Source: Elusimicrobiales bacterium (lineage in GTDB: Bacteria; Elusimicrobiota; Elusimicrobia; Elusimicrobiales; UBA9959). From it: a stretch of 64,000 bases of DNA. The translations under genes were made by a program, and so were the position numbers. Below are positions 62,961-64,000 of this stretch, piece after piece; within the stretch, counting starts at the first letter, position 1; each line of letters starts with the position of its first letter. The stretch covers positions 3,578-67,577 of the forward strand of contig JBMFKQ010000002.1 of the NCBI GenBank assembly GCA_049972095.1. Direction: 5' to 3'. The notes beneath the pieces are model-generated. The model was not told the origin of the DNA and did not search any database. It saw nothing but the letters and a program-made list of their open reading frames with translations.

Positions 62961-64000
62961 TGAAATTTGCAGTGATGTTTTTGTTATTCTCTTTAAATCT
63001 TAAAGCAGGTGAAGTATTACCCGGAAGTGTTCCTGGAACGATAGTTTATCAGGGAAGGATTGAAAAAAGCAATGCTCCAATCAACGGAATAATACATATA
63101 AATTTCAGAATCTATGACAGCCCAGACGGAACTAATAAACTCTGGGAATCAGGATATCAAACAACAGAGGCAAGGGCTGGAGTCTTTTCAATTACACTTT
63201 CACCACCCCTTACAATATTTGCTCAAGGTGCTCCAAGATACATAGAGGTTGAGGTTGAGGGGGAAAGGCTTACACCAAGAGAGCCTATCAATAGCGTTAT
63301 ATACTCAATGATTGCAAAAAAGCTTGAAGACGGCTCATATGTTCATTTCTCATCTGCAATTATAGGTGAACTTCTCTCTTCTTACCCATACGCCTCAGAT
63401 CAGAAACTAATAGTCTACGGCGGTGGCATATATACGGATCGGATATGCTTTTCTTCCTCCGGAAATTGTATGTATGGACCTGGTGAGGCATCTGTAGTAT
63501 CAACCCTTTTTTCATCCGGCACAGTTAGAATAAGAGCTGATATAGACAATTATCTGGGGGGGGATATAATATTTGAAACAAGAGGAAATGAGATTGCAAG
63601 ATTTTCAAATAACGGAAATTTCGGTATAGGCTTGTCAAATCCCAGTGAAAAACTCTATGTAGACGGAAATGCTGTTGTCACAGGTAGCATAACAGTATCA
63701 AATATAAATCTGTCAGGGATATTCAATAATGGCGTCATAAAAGGTTCTAATCAAGAACAGATAAGTATTGGTGTAGTTAATGATAGGATTGATTTTGTTG
63801 TTAATGGCTCAACTGTTGCAGCGCTAAGTGGATCAAGACTTGGTATAGGCAAGACTGACCCATCATATCCGCTGGATGTAGATGGAGATATAAGAGGAAC
63901 AAATATATATATCTCAACAATAAATCTAACAGGCGAGATGAAAAATCCATCCGGTCATATAAGTCTTCAATCGTCAAGTATATATAATGTAGGTATAGGC
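62961..64000 (+). CDS. Large secreted surface/fibre-like protein, truncated by the window end
   Basis: Own translation from the ATG after GGGGG gives MKFAVMFLLFSLNLKAGE... and stays open to 64000. It has internal repeats of the xGxxGIGxxxPSxxLxVDG type (NGNFGIGLSNPSEKLYVDGNAVVTG; SRLGIGKTDPSYPLDVDGDIRGT). Confidence 0.65.
63556..63563 (+). repeat. G8 homopolymer inside the surface-protein gene
   Basis: Read directly as tat ctG GGG GGG Gat (L-G-G-D). Confidence 0.95.

Noticed and set aside
1-64000. CRISPR arrays, IS elements, integrases, prophage or genomic islands next to the four tRNA genes, toxin-antitoxin pairs, restriction-modification or other known defence genes
   Set aside because: No regularly spaced direct repeats were seen. 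No transposase, integrase, recombinase, nuclease-helicase or methyltransferase-like ORFs are present. The genes flanking the tRNAs are housekeeping genes, with no direct repeat of tRNA 3' ends noticed.
1-64000. Alternative genetic code (TGA or TAG reassignment)
   Set aside because: Well-conserved genes (lon, uvrA, pyrG, the ATPase) translate full-length with no in-frame stops. All three stop codons terminate ORFs at the expected positions.

Overview
This is an AT-rich, very gene-dense chromosomal segment from a diderm (LPS-making) bacterium. Proteins are rich in Lys, Ile and Asn, the standard genetic code applies, and most genes have strong GGAGG-type ribosome binding sites. I support about 63 protein genes and 4 tRNAs, and I see no rRNA, CRISPR array, transposase, integrase or prophage signature. 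Blocks in order: (1) a WG-repeat protein, a secreted type I pullulanase, a divergent DUF4015-like glycosidase, and tRNA-Lys plus tRNA-Leu. (2) A co-directional chain tig-clpP-lon (no clpX) that runs on through DUF885, an ABC ATPase, an ABC-2 permease, a helical protein, a GT4, a PorV/PorQ-like outer-membrane barrel and a secreted coiled-coil ClpP-fold protease. (3) An M14 carboxypeptidase, a minus-strand TSUP-GNAT-DUF2156 operon, a degenerate purple-acid-phosphatase-like protein, tRNA-Met, TerC, an FKBP, a P-loop protein, an NSS symporter and tRNA-Thr. (4) A 15.8-kb uninterrupted plus-strand array, which is the most interesting part of the window. It holds two tandem Wzy_C (O-antigen-ligase/O-oligosaccharyltransferase-like)-TPR proteins, then a compact type IV pilus / type II secretion-like machine: a double OmpA-like protein, a PilM-PilN fusion, PilO, PilP, a secretin with a poly-Gly insert, the ATPase, the platform protein and four prepilin-like genes. 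The first pilin is extraordinarily cysteine-rich. (5) An MA-type peptidase, uvrA, nadB, a flippase-like membrane protein, a gamma-CA-like protein, a receiver domain protein, an EndoIII-like protein and a TPR protein. (6) An LPS block with lptA-like/lptB/lptC-like genes, a minus-strand hldA-kdsB-pyrG-kdsA-(zinc-ribbon ORF)-kdsD operon, and a divergent GT9 (duplicated N-domain)-deacetylase-lpxK-gmhB::DUF3108 operon. (7) A mini protein carrying a T9SS-type C-terminal sorting domain and a large truncated surface protein. Smaller curiosities are two G8 homopolymers inside envelope genes of this AT-rich genome, extended -10 boxes abutting tRNA 5' ends and one start codon, and convergent genes that share stop-codon nucleotides. 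All functional calls come from reading motifs by eye; no database search was possible.
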